A stretch of 57,987 nt of DNA, filler included, from Catajapyx aquilonaris (GCA_000934665.2; 2 parts of 2 records of this genome joined end to end with filler, not necessarily neighbours in it); one strand, 5' to 3'; positions 1 through 14,180 are shown, numbered from the whole stretch's first letter. Translations and numbers: made by a program. The notes: generated by a model from the letters alone, not told the origin.

Positions 1-419
1 CAATTGAGGTGTCGACTGGCCACAGATACAAGCTGAAATCGTTGTTTATTTCTCAACAATCACAGTTGACAATATTCGCACCAATAATCAGTGCCAATGG
101 CAACAGCCACAACAACATGTATGATGACGCAATGGGGGGCCTCAAGGCGGATGTGACGTCATGAAACTTCCGAAATCTTAAAGGCGTCGTACGCAAAAAC
201 TATGCAAGTTAGCCCAAAACTACTTCCACGTCCCTATATTAGTTTTGCAAGTCCTATCAGGTTACGTGACCACTTTCCGCGAGTTTTTGAGCACCCTGCT
301 ATAAGGGAAAGTATGGCGGCCTCTCTTTATGCTCACCGGCTGGCTGTACAGAACAAACAATATTTCTGATATGTGAACATACATTTCATCATCAACAATG
401 CTCCCAACTAGGCAACTAC

Positions 420-629
420 TAGGGCTGTGTGATATCCGAAAAAAATATCGAATCGAAGTCGATATATCGAAAATGGAAAAACCGACATCGAAAACCGATA
501 TCGCAAAATATCGCAAACCGACATCGCGATATTCGATACATCGCACATGCCAAGCGTCGGATATTGCAACTTCGATATTAGGAAAATATTGTATCAACAG
601 TCGATGTATCGAAATATCGCACAGCCATA
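420..629. mobile_element. hAT-type MITE
   Basis: Imperfect TIRs TAGGGCTGTGTGATAT / ATATCGCACAGCCATA; exact 8-bp TSD GCAACTAC (412-419, 630-637); interior rich in CGATAT/ATCG motifs. Confidence 0.85.
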
Positions 630-770
630 GCAACTACTCTCCTGACCCCCAGAAGCTAATCCCCGCACTTCTTGCCAGGCTTGGAACAAGTGGCCTATGT
701 TACCCCGTACATGACGCAACAATTAATTTTTAAGTATATATATTGACACCAAAATGGAAATTTAGGTATA

Positions 771-888
771 TAGTTTGGTGACCCGGGGTAGCTTGCCCCC
801 TGGGGTAACTGGTTGTTTACTGCTATCCTTTTACATATGCTGCCATGGTGATTACCCCCGGGATAGCTTACCCGGGGTCATCAGACTA
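771..888. mobile_element. short inverted-repeat element (MITE-like, unclassified)
   Basis: TAGTTTGGTGACCCGGGGTA at left and TTACCCGGGGTCATCAGACTA at right are imperfect reverse complements; no clear TSD. Confidence 0.5.
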
Positions 889-2385
889 GGGGCCTTAAGC
901 TATGCAGTATAACTATACCTTAAAAAGACTGTTGCAGGTTATGTTTCATCATCTTTATAGCGAATTAAATTCCAACAGAAGATGTTGGCGATGAAAGTTA
1001 CGTAGGGTATATATTTATGATGCAATTATCCTAAACATAATTAAGATTTTACAAAGTTACGTACCTTTGACACAAACACAATATTCAAATATGCAGTCCA
1101 AAACTGCACTTAAATATGGAACTTATGTCATGAAAAATAACATTTCAACTCAAAACAGTGTTGCCAAAATCAGTGTCCGAAATTTACGCAGCAAAATGGC
1201 TTAAGTTACCCACCCGGCTTAAGTAACCCCGTTTGACTGTACTCGTACTTGTATAACTTACTGTACAGCATACTGACATTATGTTTCACCTGCACTTGAT
1301 GCACACAACCCAACATGCTGCTTGTACTTCTGGCCATATCTGCTGCCTAACACCATCTTCACTAAAGCAATGTAATAAGTAATAACCATCATCTAGAAAA
1401 AATAGATACAGTACTTTGGTATTTGCTTGCAGATTAGATGGAATTGTTTGAACATTATTTTCAGATCAAGGATCCGTTCAATGCAGTAGGCTCAATAATT
1501 GGGCCTACTGCATTGTACAGATCCTCGAGACTCTCTCTAAACATTGTCTGAAATGGTGGTAATACCTGGAATAAATTTTTAAGTTATTCTAATGTACTGT
1601 ATATCTTAAAACATTACTACTTCTAGTGATAGGTTGTGAACTAATAAGCTGTTAGAAAAATATTGCAGGCTGGTTCCATTTCAATTCAGACAGAGGGTGG
1701 AAGTCATGATTTTCGATTTTGTAGCAATATATATATATGAACCCCATATCTAACATACTGGAGTCATATGGTAGCCTACAATATATTAGTTTTTTTAATG
1801 AAATTTATTTGCAGAGAAAAAAAAAATCATGTTCTTTGGAGCCAAAAATTGATAAGTGGGAATTTTGCCCCACTCCGTCTGGTTTGAAAGCTAATGGATA
1901 AGAAATGTGATGCTTAATCGAAATGAAATTTTAAACACGACTTCTTCACATGGCCTGGTCCCAAATAATATGCACAACGCCGTAATTTACTGGTACAGTC
2001 ATCTTTTAAAAAATAGCCAAAAGTGCTTCTTTTGCTGGAAATTCACTTATTGAAAAATTTGCATAATATTATTGTGTTGACAGAAGGAGATGTATTATGA
2101 CTCATAGAGCCTAAACCTACAGAAAGAGCCCTGGAACCCCAGGAGGGCTAAATTCCCACTCAAGGTGCTGGAGCCAGTGGCAAGGTAGTTGTGAGGAGAA
2201 GGTGGCTGGCATTCCCATTGCTATTGTCACTATAACTCCTCATCAGGCAGAATTCCAGACGGGCAACATAATTCCCTGATTTTGTTCCAGAACAATAAAA
2301 TTTTCTGATACTTCCAGGACTTACAGGTTTTCCAGGTTGCTAGACACTTTATGCTACAAATGCAAACTTGCTGAATATTTTCTTA

Positions 2386-2532
2386 GGGCCGTTTTTTCGA
2401 ACAGTGGTTCAAATGTAAACCGGGTTCAAAGCCAGTTTAATCCCTGATTTGATTGTTGTTAGGCTGTTGTCAAGGGTTTAAACCGGGTTTGAACCGGGTT
2501 TACATTTGAACCACTGTTCGAGAAAACGGCCC
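2386..2532. mobile_element. PIF/Harbinger (Tourist-like) MITE
   Basis: Near-perfect TIRs GGGCCGTTTT(T/C)TCGAACAGTGGTTCAAATGTAAACC; 3-bp TSD TTA on both sides. Confidence 0.85.
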
Positions 2533-3012
2533 TTACTGGTGTGCTTTGAGTACATCAACTACTCGAATTCCTGGACAATACCACTGTTCCTACATGAAAG
2601 ACAGAAACCTTGAACACAGAGAGCTACCCATTTGTCAGACTATTATTTTAACATACATAGCCCGTACCATCTGTTTTTTGTTTGTTTGTTTGTTTGGTTG
2701 TTTTTTTTTGGAGAAGGAAATGTACCCATATGATTTCTTATAGTGGGGTCTCTTAGGCCGATAATTTGACAGGATGGGGACAGGTCGGACAAAAGCACAT
2801 TTTTTCATGCAATCTGTATTGCTTAAGATTTAGATTTTTTGTGGGATCCACGTTATCAAAACACTAGATCACATCCCTTGTCCTGTGATATGTATTACAC
2901 ATTCTCTGTAGATGGAGGCAAAAATTATCAGCATGCCCTCGTATTATTACCCTAAGAAGTGTATCTCATATGCAGTATACCTATTGGCAAAATATATGTA
3001 AGAAATATAGGC

Positions 3013-5263
3013 AAAAAAGAAACCTTTCCTCCGGCGACTTGAAATTTAATACTCCAGTTTTTACATGTTAGAATTCAACAGGTTCATAAAAAACTCATGC
3101 GTGATTGGCAACTTTTGCCCGGTGTTTGGGCAAACGAGCTTTCCTCTTACAATGTACACCTCCATGAGCATATGGTGGACCCTCAATAGGAAGTCCAAAT
3201 TGTCCTTGTAATCAGCCGGGATGTTACTCGGGGTATGGATCTCTAGCTGAAAGCAGTATTGTACACATCAATTTTTGTCCTCATAGCTGCAAGTAGATAA
3301 ATTTATTTCACAATTCCATTAACAATTGTTCAGCCCTTACTTTTGGCTCACTCTTGTATACTCGGAATACGTCAGAAAAGTGACCTGCTCCAAATGACTC
3401 TGTGACCCATTTTTTGGTGTGCAGAGGTAAACTCGTGAGATTCCTACTAATAGTCTTCAAATTTTGTGGGTAGATACTGTAGGCCACACCAAGGGATGAA
3501 AGACACAACTAGAGTGACCTGCCCCAAATGATCCTATGACCCCTTTTTAGGTGTGCAGAGGCTTGTGACAGGTTTCACACCATCCTGCAATGTTGCCAAA
3601 AAAGGCCTCACCATGCCTTTCGTTTTGGTAGTCAGCACATTCTGGGTATAAACTGCTAGATATTTCAAACATTTCACGATATTTCCTGGCTACTGGTGCG
3701 TAAGGCATGATTTACCTTTAAATTTAGTTGAAGACGCCGTCAAAAATGGGAATTTGGAGTTTTAGGAATTTCACGGGTTGACCTCTGCCCCCCTCAAAAT
3801 ATGGTCACATGGTCATTTTGAGCAAGTAATTTTAGGTGCGATTTTCATCCCTTGCATCAATGCATCGAATTTCAAGAAAATCGGCGAGTTTTCTGAAATT
3901 ACCAGTTGATCTCTGGCCCCCAAAAGGGGTCACAGGGTCATTTTCAGAAAGTCACTTTAGGTACGTTTTTCATCTCTTGGCGTGGGCTACCAATGCACCT
4001 TTCATGAAAATCCGCGAGTGGCACTTGGAGAGTGTCCCTGGTGAGTGGATTTCACGCACTGTAGAAAGGAGGTCCACAATTGAAGGCAATTGTTTGTCCC
4101 ATGTACAAGTACATCGATGTACATGGGACAAATAAGTCCCTTCAATTGTAGGCCTCCTTTATACAGTGAATTCCACTCAGCATATTCGCCTATCAATATC
4201 CCGAGGAGATTGGAAATTGACATCCATGTTATATCCGGAGCAGACCTTCCATGGATGTAGGCGCAAGACTTTCAGAGGAACTCTCGTTCCGAGACATCGT
4301 ATAGACCCAAGGATATCCCAGTGATGTAACGAGCGTCTTCTTGGATATCCACCGGAGCTTAACTTTTTATCCCGATTTATCCCATGGATGTCCATAGGAT
4401 GACGTAGTGCTACTAGGGTATTCTCGGATAGTACTGTACATATAATGAATAATTTATTTATCCATGATGATCTTTCATGTCTCATCACTACTCTTCTTTC
4501 ACCCACTACCACCTGCCTGACCTCTCCCAGTTTAGGATGGCCCTTTCTGACCCTTTCATGCTACCTTACAACTCCTGTAAACACAACTACTAGTCTGGCT
4601 GCCAAACAGGCACAACTCACTTAGTGACTCAGACTATACACAGCCAAATAGAAGGGCCAATGTTGAGAATTCATTTTCATAAAGACTGGGCTTCCTTGAA
4701 GCCTGTGAAGATTGTGCAATAGGCTTTAGGGCAGAATTTCCTCCATCCATAGATACGTGATCTCTTCCTCTCCCTTGAAAAGTTTAAATAAAAAGACTTA
4801 CAGTGTAGTGACCAAAAAGGCCCTACATTGTTAATGATAAGGGATGTGGAGGTAATAATCTTTTCACTTCTATCATAATGAGCAGCATCGAAAATGAAGT
4901 GTTCACAGATAATAACCTTACTAGGTTGAATGGCAAATGCTGGGTCAACCTCCTTAATATCATTATGAAGATAATAACCTTACTGACATCATGGTTAAAG
5001 GGTAGCTTCTGCTGCTCCAAAGAAGGAAATAGCCCACAACAAAGAAAAGGACCACTGGTCACTATCAAACTGGACCTTGAGCAAGTGCTAGTGAAAAAGA
5101 TTACTTACGATGGCAGCAGCCCTGCCGAGCTTTGCCCACTTGAGTCCAGGGATGATTCGGAGTATGAGCTGTCTATCAAATGGAACATGGACCTCCCGTA
5201 CACGATAGGCCTGAAATTAATGTGAAGGGTCATATGAATCAAACAGCATGCAAACTGTTGCCT
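3013..5263. repeat. ~2.2-kb duplicated segment, copy A (uninterrupted)
   Basis: Closely matches 24183-25640 + 27535-27718 + 28093-28659 in direct orientation. Confidence 0.9.
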
Positions 5264-6247
5264 TGTCATGATGCAAGCAAAAAAAAAAAAAAAAAAACTG
5301 CACTCACCTCAATACGGAATGCTTTCTCGGGAAGATTCCCCCCCTTCATGCAGCCACAGGTGAGCAAATTATGCATGAGGAGGTTCATGTTAGTAGACCC
5401 TGTCTCTTCTACTTCCTTCTTTATGATCAAATCTCTAGGAAGAAACAAATACGGGCAGATGAAATTATTGTTCCAGCAACTGCAGGGTGTGAACTACGAA
5501 CAATGCTCGGATGGTCAGCATCACAAAGACTTTATCCTTCACCTGGTACTTCTGCTTGGCACTGATGAGCCACGACCAGAAAGTGGCTCTGTATGAAAAT
5601 GTTATACAGGACATCCTGCATTGTTTTAATTACTACTTTAATAATAATAATTTGAATTAGACCTTTATGAAGGTTTTTTACTCATTTGTGGAACTGTGTC
5701 TGGTAACTTTGATGTAAAATGGTATAGTGCCTGTGCGGCACAGCCTGCCATAAAAATAAGGAGCACACGTGAAAAAATTATCCTACTCACGCAAAATAAT
5801 TTAAAGTAATTTTCAAAATGAATAATTCAGTGGACATGAACCACTTCCTGATTCTCAACCCTTTTAAATGTAGAGTGACATAATTCATTAACACCCAAGT
5901 TTTTTTTTCTTTTTTAAGCTTATGCAGTTATACATGGCACTGAACGACCGTAATGTATGATCTCGCAACACCCTGCTAAAATCTGCAATGGCAACTAACT
6001 AAAGCATTCAAATGCTAAATACATTTGACACCATAAAGCCTTGTTTCCACCGGCATAATTTTTTGAGCACAAAATGAAAAGCACAAAAATAGATCACAAA
6101 ATCACAGAAACTTTATTATTATTATTACTTTATTATTAATCGCCTAGCAACAAAAAATTGTGTTGGCTTGCATTTTGTCAGTCTCTTAATACTCAGCTCA
6201 AAACTGAAGTCCTGTAGGGGCCCTGCACATGACTGCATTGGCTTATA

Positions 6248-7398
6248 GGGAGAGTGGGGCACTGTGAAACACTTTTTTTTCTTCATTTTTTTCTATTTTA
6301 ATGAACATAGGTGCGAAGAAGTTTTAAGTTTCCACAAATAGTCTATAATCTTGCCTGACATGGCGCATAATCATATATGGGAAAAGCTGAATACATTTAG
6401 TGAAAATAAATCATGAACGTAGCAATGCACACTGTTTCACTCTGCCCCACTAGTGGGGCACAGTGAAACACCACGTGGAGTACAGTGAAACAGTACATCA
6501 GAATCTCACTAGTTAATAACATACTGCCAAAATCTGCACACGACCCCCAACATGAGAGATTGCACATGCACCAGTGTCCCTCCTTCCTATCCTTACCTTG
6601 TCCCTGCACCAGCTACTGTAAAAATAATAATAACAAAAATAAAGGAACGTGTGATATACCCCCAGTTGGGGGTTGGGGGTGAAAGCACTACCCCAGTTAT
6701 TATTATTACTGCCAAAATCAATGTTAAAATATCTGCGTAATGGAAAGAATGCAGAAAACAGCAGAAATTAAGAACAGCAAGAAAAAAAACAGCACACAAA
6801 AACCTTTTCCCTGTAGAGTGTAGAGAATGATACTCTCATTAGTTAACATTCATGGACTCAAAACCCACGTAAAAACAAAAGAAACCCTTCTACCTCTTTC
6901 TTGCACCTGCACAGGTAGGCTTGGGCAGAATCATTTTGATGTCACCTTCTGGCACCATTCTGCTACATTGTTCCACTGTGCCCCACAGCTCTTTGTTCCA
7001 CTGTGCCCCCCCNCCCCCCCCCCCCCCCCCATATTTGCCACACATTTTATTTGAGCTTGCTAGGCCTGAAGGACACGGGCTGGTATACCTTCACATGCAC
7101 TTGCAGCAGCACTTAGCACCCTTCAAAGCATGGCGGGTGTACAGTGGCCCAAGTTAAAAACAAGTATAAACAATTACAACTCAACCCCACCAGCAGAATT
7201 TTACATGACATAACAGAATGATGTGGCTTATGGATTTCTGCAACACTTAGGTAAGCAGCAACGTAAAAACAGGATTGACAAGTGCAGGAGCAGGACACCT
7301 ATTCACCACATGGAGCTGCTTGGCTCTGACTTCATATTTGCTATTTTTCAAGCCTGCTGTTTCACTGTGCCCCATGTTCCACTGTGCCCCACTCTCCC
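6248..7398. mobile_element. non-autonomous TA-target DNA transposon (Tc1/mariner/pogo-like)
   Basis: TIRs GGGAGAGTGGGGCAC(T/A)GTG(A/G)AACA, TA on both flanks, internal repeats of the TGGGGCACAGTGAAACA motif; a SINE-tail-like piece near 6585-6710. Confidence 0.75.
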
Positions 7399-10300
7399 TA
7401 ATAATGGATAATAATCAAATTAGCATCAGGGATATAATGACACCAGTGCAGTGGTGCAGTGGCCAATGTGTGGCTCCCTTACACATCGCTGGCCACTTGT
7501 AGGAACACTTGGTGACAAATAATGCACCACAAACGATCGTATGCAGTAGTGATAATTCGATGCACAAAATCTAGGTACATGTTTTTCTGTAAAGACCTGA
7601 TCGATGTCACTTGTTATTGAGTCAAAGTGGTACGGAGGAGGTAATAAATAAAGGCAGACAGAATGTCCATCGCATTTATGCTAGCTGCATAATACACAAC
7701 TGCATTATAAGAAACAATATGATACACTGGAGAGCTTAATTTGCAGCATATCTTCATCAAGTAGTAAGCTATCCTATCCAACCATTAGGTGAAGTAAGAT
7801 TAGATTAACTCGTACATCTACAGAAGACCTACATCTACTGTACACTCTATCTATATTGTGCAATATATCATACAATCAGTAACCAATTGTTTCTTGCAGG
7901 TTTTTTCCCAAAGAAAAAGGCTCTACACTTCCCAGTCTCCCTTTCTCCCTACGGCAACTTTCAATACTAGTGGCACAAGCAGGAAGGATGACAGGGGCAG
8001 CAGTGAACAAGGCACGCCGAACACAGAAATTAAACAAGATAAACACACTTACCCAAGCTCTTAGCAATCTGCCACGTACACCGGAAGCCTCGCCGGAAAC
8101 ACAAGCTGCAATCACACGTGGTCCGCAAAAAGCTCCTCAGACCCTTGGCTCAGACCGGTCGCGGTCGCAAGGTGTCTCTAGGAGTCCGGTCGAAAGTGGC
8201 ACTCCTGGCGTCGCGTCGGATAAGACCGGCTGCTCCCACTATACAATTCAAATCAGGGGTGATGCGGCCAGTACACGACCGTTTCACCAGGGTTCAGCCA
8301 ATCCCCAGGCAGGTGCTCCAACATGGTGCTCTCTGTGATGGCCTCACTGGTTGCCAGGTTCTGCGTCTCCCTGCCTAGAGCAGAAGAGAGGGGAGGAAGA
8401 GAGAGCGGGAAAATTTCCACCTGGCACCCCTGATCCCCTTCCCACCCTTGTACATTCTCAATTTCTAAGATGGAGGGCGTGTTCTATTAGCCGGTCGACT
8501 TTTCCCCTCTTTCTTGTTGTTCAATTCCCTTCGTTCTTGTTTCTTTACCTACTGGTATCCGCTTCTGCCCCTACCCGTTTGGCTCTGCCAGCCTCCCCAC
8601 ACCCTGGTCGCAAACAGTACCTACATGTCCAAGTCCAAGCCGGTGACGGAGAAGGTAGGCCTATCAAATTCGGTGTCGAGCGACGAGACCTCATCACCTG
8701 TGATCTCACATCTGTCCGCGTCGGGTCCAGTTCCATGCAAGGCTGGTGCTTATCGTAGGAGGTGAGTCTCAGTCCTATACTCATTACGCTTTTCTATTCC
8801 AATGGTTGGTGTGCACGCTCCATATGACCTGGTGCTGGACCATGGAAACAGCTCCAGCAGCTCACTTTTTTGTCAGTGAAAGGTCCCATGCAGGTAATAG
8901 CATAACGCTCGCCAGAACGGTTCTAGTTTTAAGTGGGGGAGGGGACGGACGCGGACGGGGGGGACTGCTGCATGGGATTGTTCACTATACTGTCCGTACA
9001 GGTAAAAGCAACCAGGTGAACATGGCCTATAGTTTTTAGATGTCAATAGTGCCCAGGTTGGGCCCTATGTTACCAAAGTCCACATAGCATTAGATGGATT
9101 ACCCTTGTTTCCTCAGGTAACAAGTCTAATTATGGCATCGATATAGAGCATAAACATTGATGTCAAAGCCCATTCTACTTTCTAGGTGTGCAAAACTACC
9201 ACTGTTGACTTTTATGGCATTTAGTATAGCATCCCACAACAAAAATATAGTTGGTTTGTAATGCATGGAGCCTAACAATCAGTCAAAAGGTGTGATTTAT
9301 TGATACTGTTTAGGAATTTCTTTTGAGTGCTTTTAATGACATGATAATTATTCAGGCACTTGACCTGCAGAAGGCAAGAAAGGAGGCAACTGCCAAGGCA
9401 AGAAGCAGGCAGTAAGAAAACACCCTAGCCCGAGCAGTATAATATCAGTGGACACAAACATAAACCAAAAATATGTGAAACTGAAGGAAGAGTATGACCG
9501 AAAGTGCCAAGAGTTGGAGGAAGCCCATAGTGCAGCTTCCCAGCCATGCACCAATTGTGCAACTCTCACTTCGCTGAATATTTCGCCACAAAAGATGCTG
9601 CAGAAGCATGTGATTGGTGAGATAATATTCAGATAAAGAGTCATTATTCTTATAGAATCCAAAATTTAAAGTCATTGATAATAATTTTAGACAATACCAG
9701 CATGTCAATGTTCCATTAGGGATAACAGAATAATGTGCGTTCATATCAACAGTAAGGGTTGTGACCTTGTTGTTGGGGAAAGTTGTAATAATTATACACA
9801 TATTGACATGCTGTGCCTTCACAGTGTTAGAGCAGCATTTATACGGAGACAATATTATTTTGATTCAGTTTGCTTTAGTAGTAGCAGTAGTAACAAAAGT
9901 ATGATCATTAACTTTGCAGTATATCATCATGACTTGTTTCATTACAGTATAATTATGAGAGTGCTGAGCACATCCCAAGATGAGAAATGTCCCAACCTCC
10001 AGCTACCTCTGTGCTACCATTTCCACCAAATGATGATTTTGTAAAAATCGAAGATGAAAAGGTATGCATGATACTATAATCTGCATTTCTTCTGCCTGTT
10101 TTCAGTGATTTTTCTCTATAATCACAGGGTGTAACAAAAGTTTCTGCCCCACCACATATTATGCTTAAGAATTTTTTTATTAACATGAGGTGTATATATG
10201 TGAATGTTAGACGTTTATTCAGACTTGGAAGGATGTAAGGCATGTTATTATTCAGTATTCAGACCATTTCGCTTTAAAGACTGAGCTGGATGGCTGTCAA

Positions 10301-10402
10301 AACTATCCACAACTTTGAATGCATCCTCTTTTGTGACGCTTGCCCATTCCTGCTCAACTCTTTTTATTAACTGGCCAGGATTTGTTGGACTGGCTTGCTT
10401 AA

Positions 10403-11551
10403 CCCCTTCGGCCCCAGATCGGCCCGAACCACACAGTTTTTGGCTTACGCGTACTCCGAAGATACGGACAAGATATTTTGCAAATAATAACAGCTATACT
10501 TACGAGATCTGGGAAAACCCTATGAATGTGTCTGGAACCATTTTACTCGTCTAGAAGTCCCTAAATTAATTTCCAATAAAGGGCTATAATAACTAGAAAT
10601 GGGACTACTGCCGCCCAACTTTTAGGCTGATTTGATTATGAAATGCGTGAAAATATGCGGAATAACAACCATGAGAACCATGCCAGACGAATTTGCTGAA
10701 ATCGTCGTACTTTGCGAGAAATAAATTAATATTTATTTGCGGCTTTCTAGCACTTAGGAAAACTCCTAAATGAGTATGAGATAAATTTTCTGAAATCGTC
10801 GTACTTTTTTTTACGTTACCCCGTGCTAGGGCCATGGGCCCTTATAGGGGGGTGGATTACCACCATTTTTCCTCAATTTTCTTATTATTTTCTTCTGACA
10901 CTGGTGCAAGGATGAAAGGACAAGAGGTAAGGATAGGGATTTTCGGGGAGGGAACATGGGTGCAAGTGCACGTCTGAAAACGGGTCATGTGCTGTTCCCC
11001 AGGAGGTTAGGTTGTCTACCTCCTTGGGGCAGGTCAGAGACCCTCCTGACGCAGGTGAAAGGAAAGTTCCCCAGGCGGGGATCGAACCTGGGGCCTTTCA
11101 CACAGCAAGCCGAGACGTTACCATCACGGCCACCACACCTCCCCGAAATCGTCGTACTTCATGAGAAACAAATAAATGGGAGTTTTCCGAAGTTTTCCGA
11201 AGTGCCAGAAAGCCGCAAATAAGTATTAATTTATTTCTCGCAAAGCACGACGATTTCAGCAAATTCGTCTGGCATGGTTCTCATGGTTGTTATTCCGCAT
11301 ATTTTCACGCATTTCATAATCAAATCAGCCTAAAAGTTGGGCGGCAGTAGTCCCATTTCTAGTTATTATAGCCCTTTTTTGGAAATTAATTTAGGGACTT
11401 CTAGACGAGTAAATGGTTCCAGACACATTCATAGGGTTTTCCCAGATCTCGTAAGTATAGCTGTTATTATTTGCAAAATATCTTGTCCGTATCTTCGGAG
11501 TACGCGTAAGCCAAAAACTGTGTGGTTCGGGCCGATCTGGGGCCGAAGGGG
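10403..11551. mobile_element. piggyBac-like palindromic non-autonomous element
   Basis: TTAA TSD, CCCC...GGGG termini, long near-identical inverted arms (10403-~10750 vs ~11210-11551). Confidence 0.85.
10808..11144 (-). mobile_element. tRNA-derived SINE, family 1
   Basis: Head GGGGAGGTGTGGTGGCCGTGATGG (A box) and GGTTCGATCCCC (B box); 3' tail ...CACGGGGTAACGT(A)n; TSD GAAATCGTCGTACTT. Confidence 0.9.
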
Positions 11552-12924
11552 TTAAAGACACTACATTACAACCTGGCACACAAGTGTTCAATATGTCAGT
11601 CTGGTGAGTTTACAGGCCAGTCAAGCCACATCTTTCCACATATACTTGTGCTGCTGCAATGGACACTTATGCAGTGTGGCATTTGGCTTCATCTTGTATG
11701 AGCAGCTTCAGTTAATGTTTTAAGAATATCCAATAGTTTTTCATTGTTTCTCCATTCTTGGGCAACATTTCATCCCTATAATATTCCCTGTTGGTGGTTT
11801 TCTGTTCATCAACAATCAGCAACTCGTGTTTTGTTCTGGAAAGAGAGAGTTACTGATTGCTGACAGGGCATCCTGGAAAAGGATTCCTAGAAAAGTGAGT
11901 CCACTAACCAGCACTGACATCACCATCCTTTTACCCTTCCATCTCTTCTTAGTAGTTACCGAAACCTTCGCCAGTTTTGCTCCTTTTCTAATGGAATGCC
12001 CAGAGAGGCAATGGCAGAGGCATAGGCAATGTCACAAAGCTGGGATCTTGTACCTGATGTGCTTACCATTATGGAAGGTTTCTCTTAAAAGTGACTGAGA
12101 AAAGTACTGCATTTGATTGATATTACTGTAGTAACCACATTTTTCATTTTTCATTTATCAAGTGTAACATAAGTTTCTGCCTGGGCCAGTAACTTTTATT
12201 ACAGTGTAAACATCCATATTGCAGCATATTAAAAGGTTTCTTTATGACTTTTGTTATGCACCTCATATCTACCATTAATACTCCAGAGAACAGTGCCATA
12301 ATCATCTTTGGCCACCTATCAGGTCTTGAGAACAAAGCACCTGCATGGGCGGCTCTTGACAGACAACACTTGCATTGCACACCTCTCACTCATATGAGCA
12401 CAAAATCAGGTCAGTTAGGAAATGGACAGGCTAATGAGTCATACAGGTGACAGCACCTGGGAGGTTCTGGGAGTACAATGATATCATCATATCAACAGAA
12501 AAGTTGAGGGTAACTTTAAATAAAATAACCAAGAACTTCCACTTGTTAAAATATCGACTGGGCCAGAAACTTTTGTTGCACCCTGTATATTAGTCGAACA
12601 AGTGAAATGACGGATTTGCCAGACATGACATAGAATCACTTACAATCAAACACCTTCACAAGGGGTGTTTGAATTTTATGATGTGAGAGCAATATTAGGC
12701 CTACATTTCAAATTTTAGGAGTAAGGTATATAAATGAACCTGAATATTAGACTAACCTCCAGCTAGAGTTGCACTTGCAAGATACATGAGGTCCGATAAC
12801 AACATTAGGATGTTTAATGCATTAAGTAGACACATGGCAGATCAGTAGGCCTACCCGGGTATTTGTTCCATGATCATCTGAAATACGAGTATAATATGTG
12901 AGTCTGACTGATTAAATTTTTCCT

Positions 12925-14180
12925 TTTTACAGTAGCCCATCCATTTTGATTTTAGTAGCTTAACAAATTGCATATCTTTGTAAGTGATGAGCAAATTATA
13001 CTTCTCTGTCATGTACTGTATAAGCCTATTGAATGATTAGAACAATATTGTTCCAGTAACCTCATTCCATTTGCTGTTTTATGTTAACATATTAATTCAG
13101 CAAGGAAAATCATCATTCATGAATGTAAATCTTCTAAGATGGAATGTGACACTGATTTCTGTTATATTTTCCGGTGACACAGGTGACACAAGTGTCTGCT
13201 ATATACAAGATTGGCTGTAGGTAGGTTTTACGCTATAACTCCTTCCAGGAATTGTGTACTACATCAATGAGTTGGGGGAATGCTTGGAGGTGCTGCAAAC
13301 TGAAGGTGGTATTAATAAGCAACTGATGGTTCATGATTTTTGGTGGTAATCACAGAAATCTTGGTGATGGGACATTAAGTGGAACTAAATGTTGACATCA
13401 CCGAACTTCAAAAGGTATGAGGACTAAGCCACAACTTTTGACGTATTGTTACTTTGGCTACTGTTTTTCAGCAAGTGAAACTGAGTGGAAGGGCACAGGA
13501 CACTTTTGTTTCTCGGGCTGGATTAGGAACATTGGCCATGTGCTCAGGAGACATTGCAGTGCAGATTTGGAAGCTGGACACTGGTGATTATGATAATTAT
13601 GTTTTGCTAGCAGAAGAACCCAGCTTTCAAACACCATCTGAGTACATCACCTGCTTGGATTTTTCTCATAAATATGGTAATGCCAGTCGTATGTCTGTAG
13701 AATAGGAGCTCCTTAATGTAAACTGAACCTCATAGTGACAAAGCAATCCTGAAGTTCTTGGCAATCACTTCAATGTAGTGATGCTCTTAAAGAGACTACA
13801 GTCAATGCGAGTTGGGCTCTATATAAATCAAGCAAAAAATCTCGATTCCTTCAGTGTATTATAATATTTCTGGTAATCTCAAGGTGATCCGTTAAGTTGG
13901 CTGGGAACTGTCACTTGCTGGTGAGACATACCAGACTTGTAGCACTTTTTACAGTATCCATTATGATTTTAGTAGCTTAACAAATTGCATATCTTTGTAA
14001 GTGATGAGCGAATTATACTTCTCTGTCATATAGGCCTATTGAATGATTGTTCCAGTAACCTAATTCCATTTGCTGTTTTATATTGACATATTAATTCAGC
14101 AATGAAAATCATCATTCATGAATGTAAATCTACTAATATGCAATGTGACACTGATTTCTGTTATATCTTGCAGGTGACAC
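12925..14180. repeat. ~250-bp direct repeats (12925-13180 and 13946-14180) flanking the IFT140 fragment
   Basis: Shared TTTTAGTAGCTTAACAAATTGCATATCTTTGTAAGTGATGAGC...GTGACACTGATTTCTGTTATAT. Confidence 0.85.
13249..13676 (+). pseudogene. IFT140: two-exon decayed fragment of intraflagellar transport protein 140 (WD40 region)
   Basis: GIVYYINELGECLEV...VVITE and VKLSG...IWKLDTG..NYVL.....F....EYITCLDF resemble the IFT140 segment GTVHYVDEKG...VVVTE...VKLSG...FWDIERGENYIL as I recall it; AG/GT splice sites present; first exon frameshifted with a stop. Confidence 0.7.

Larger units (their letters stand above)
10125..12585 (-). mobile_element. degenerate Tc1/mariner transposon (host of nested insertions)
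   Basis: TIRs CAGGGTG(T/C)AACAAAAGTTTCTG; minus-strand remnants QDEAKCHTA and WPVNSPD*HIEHL near 11580-11700 resemble the Tc1 QDGAPCHTA and WP.NSPDLNPIEHLW motifs. Confidence 0.7.

Noticed and set aside
5562..5598. CTGATGAG followed by a stem, resembling a hammerhead ribozyme core
   Set aside because: The stem GCCAC/GTGGC is followed by TCTG rather than the required GAAA, and no stems I/III were found
10808..11144. SINE heads as functional tRNA genes (also 14922, 25651, 24080-24153, 33840-33915, 55540-55617)
   Set aside because: Imperfect cloverleaves fused to SINE bodies with tails and TSDs
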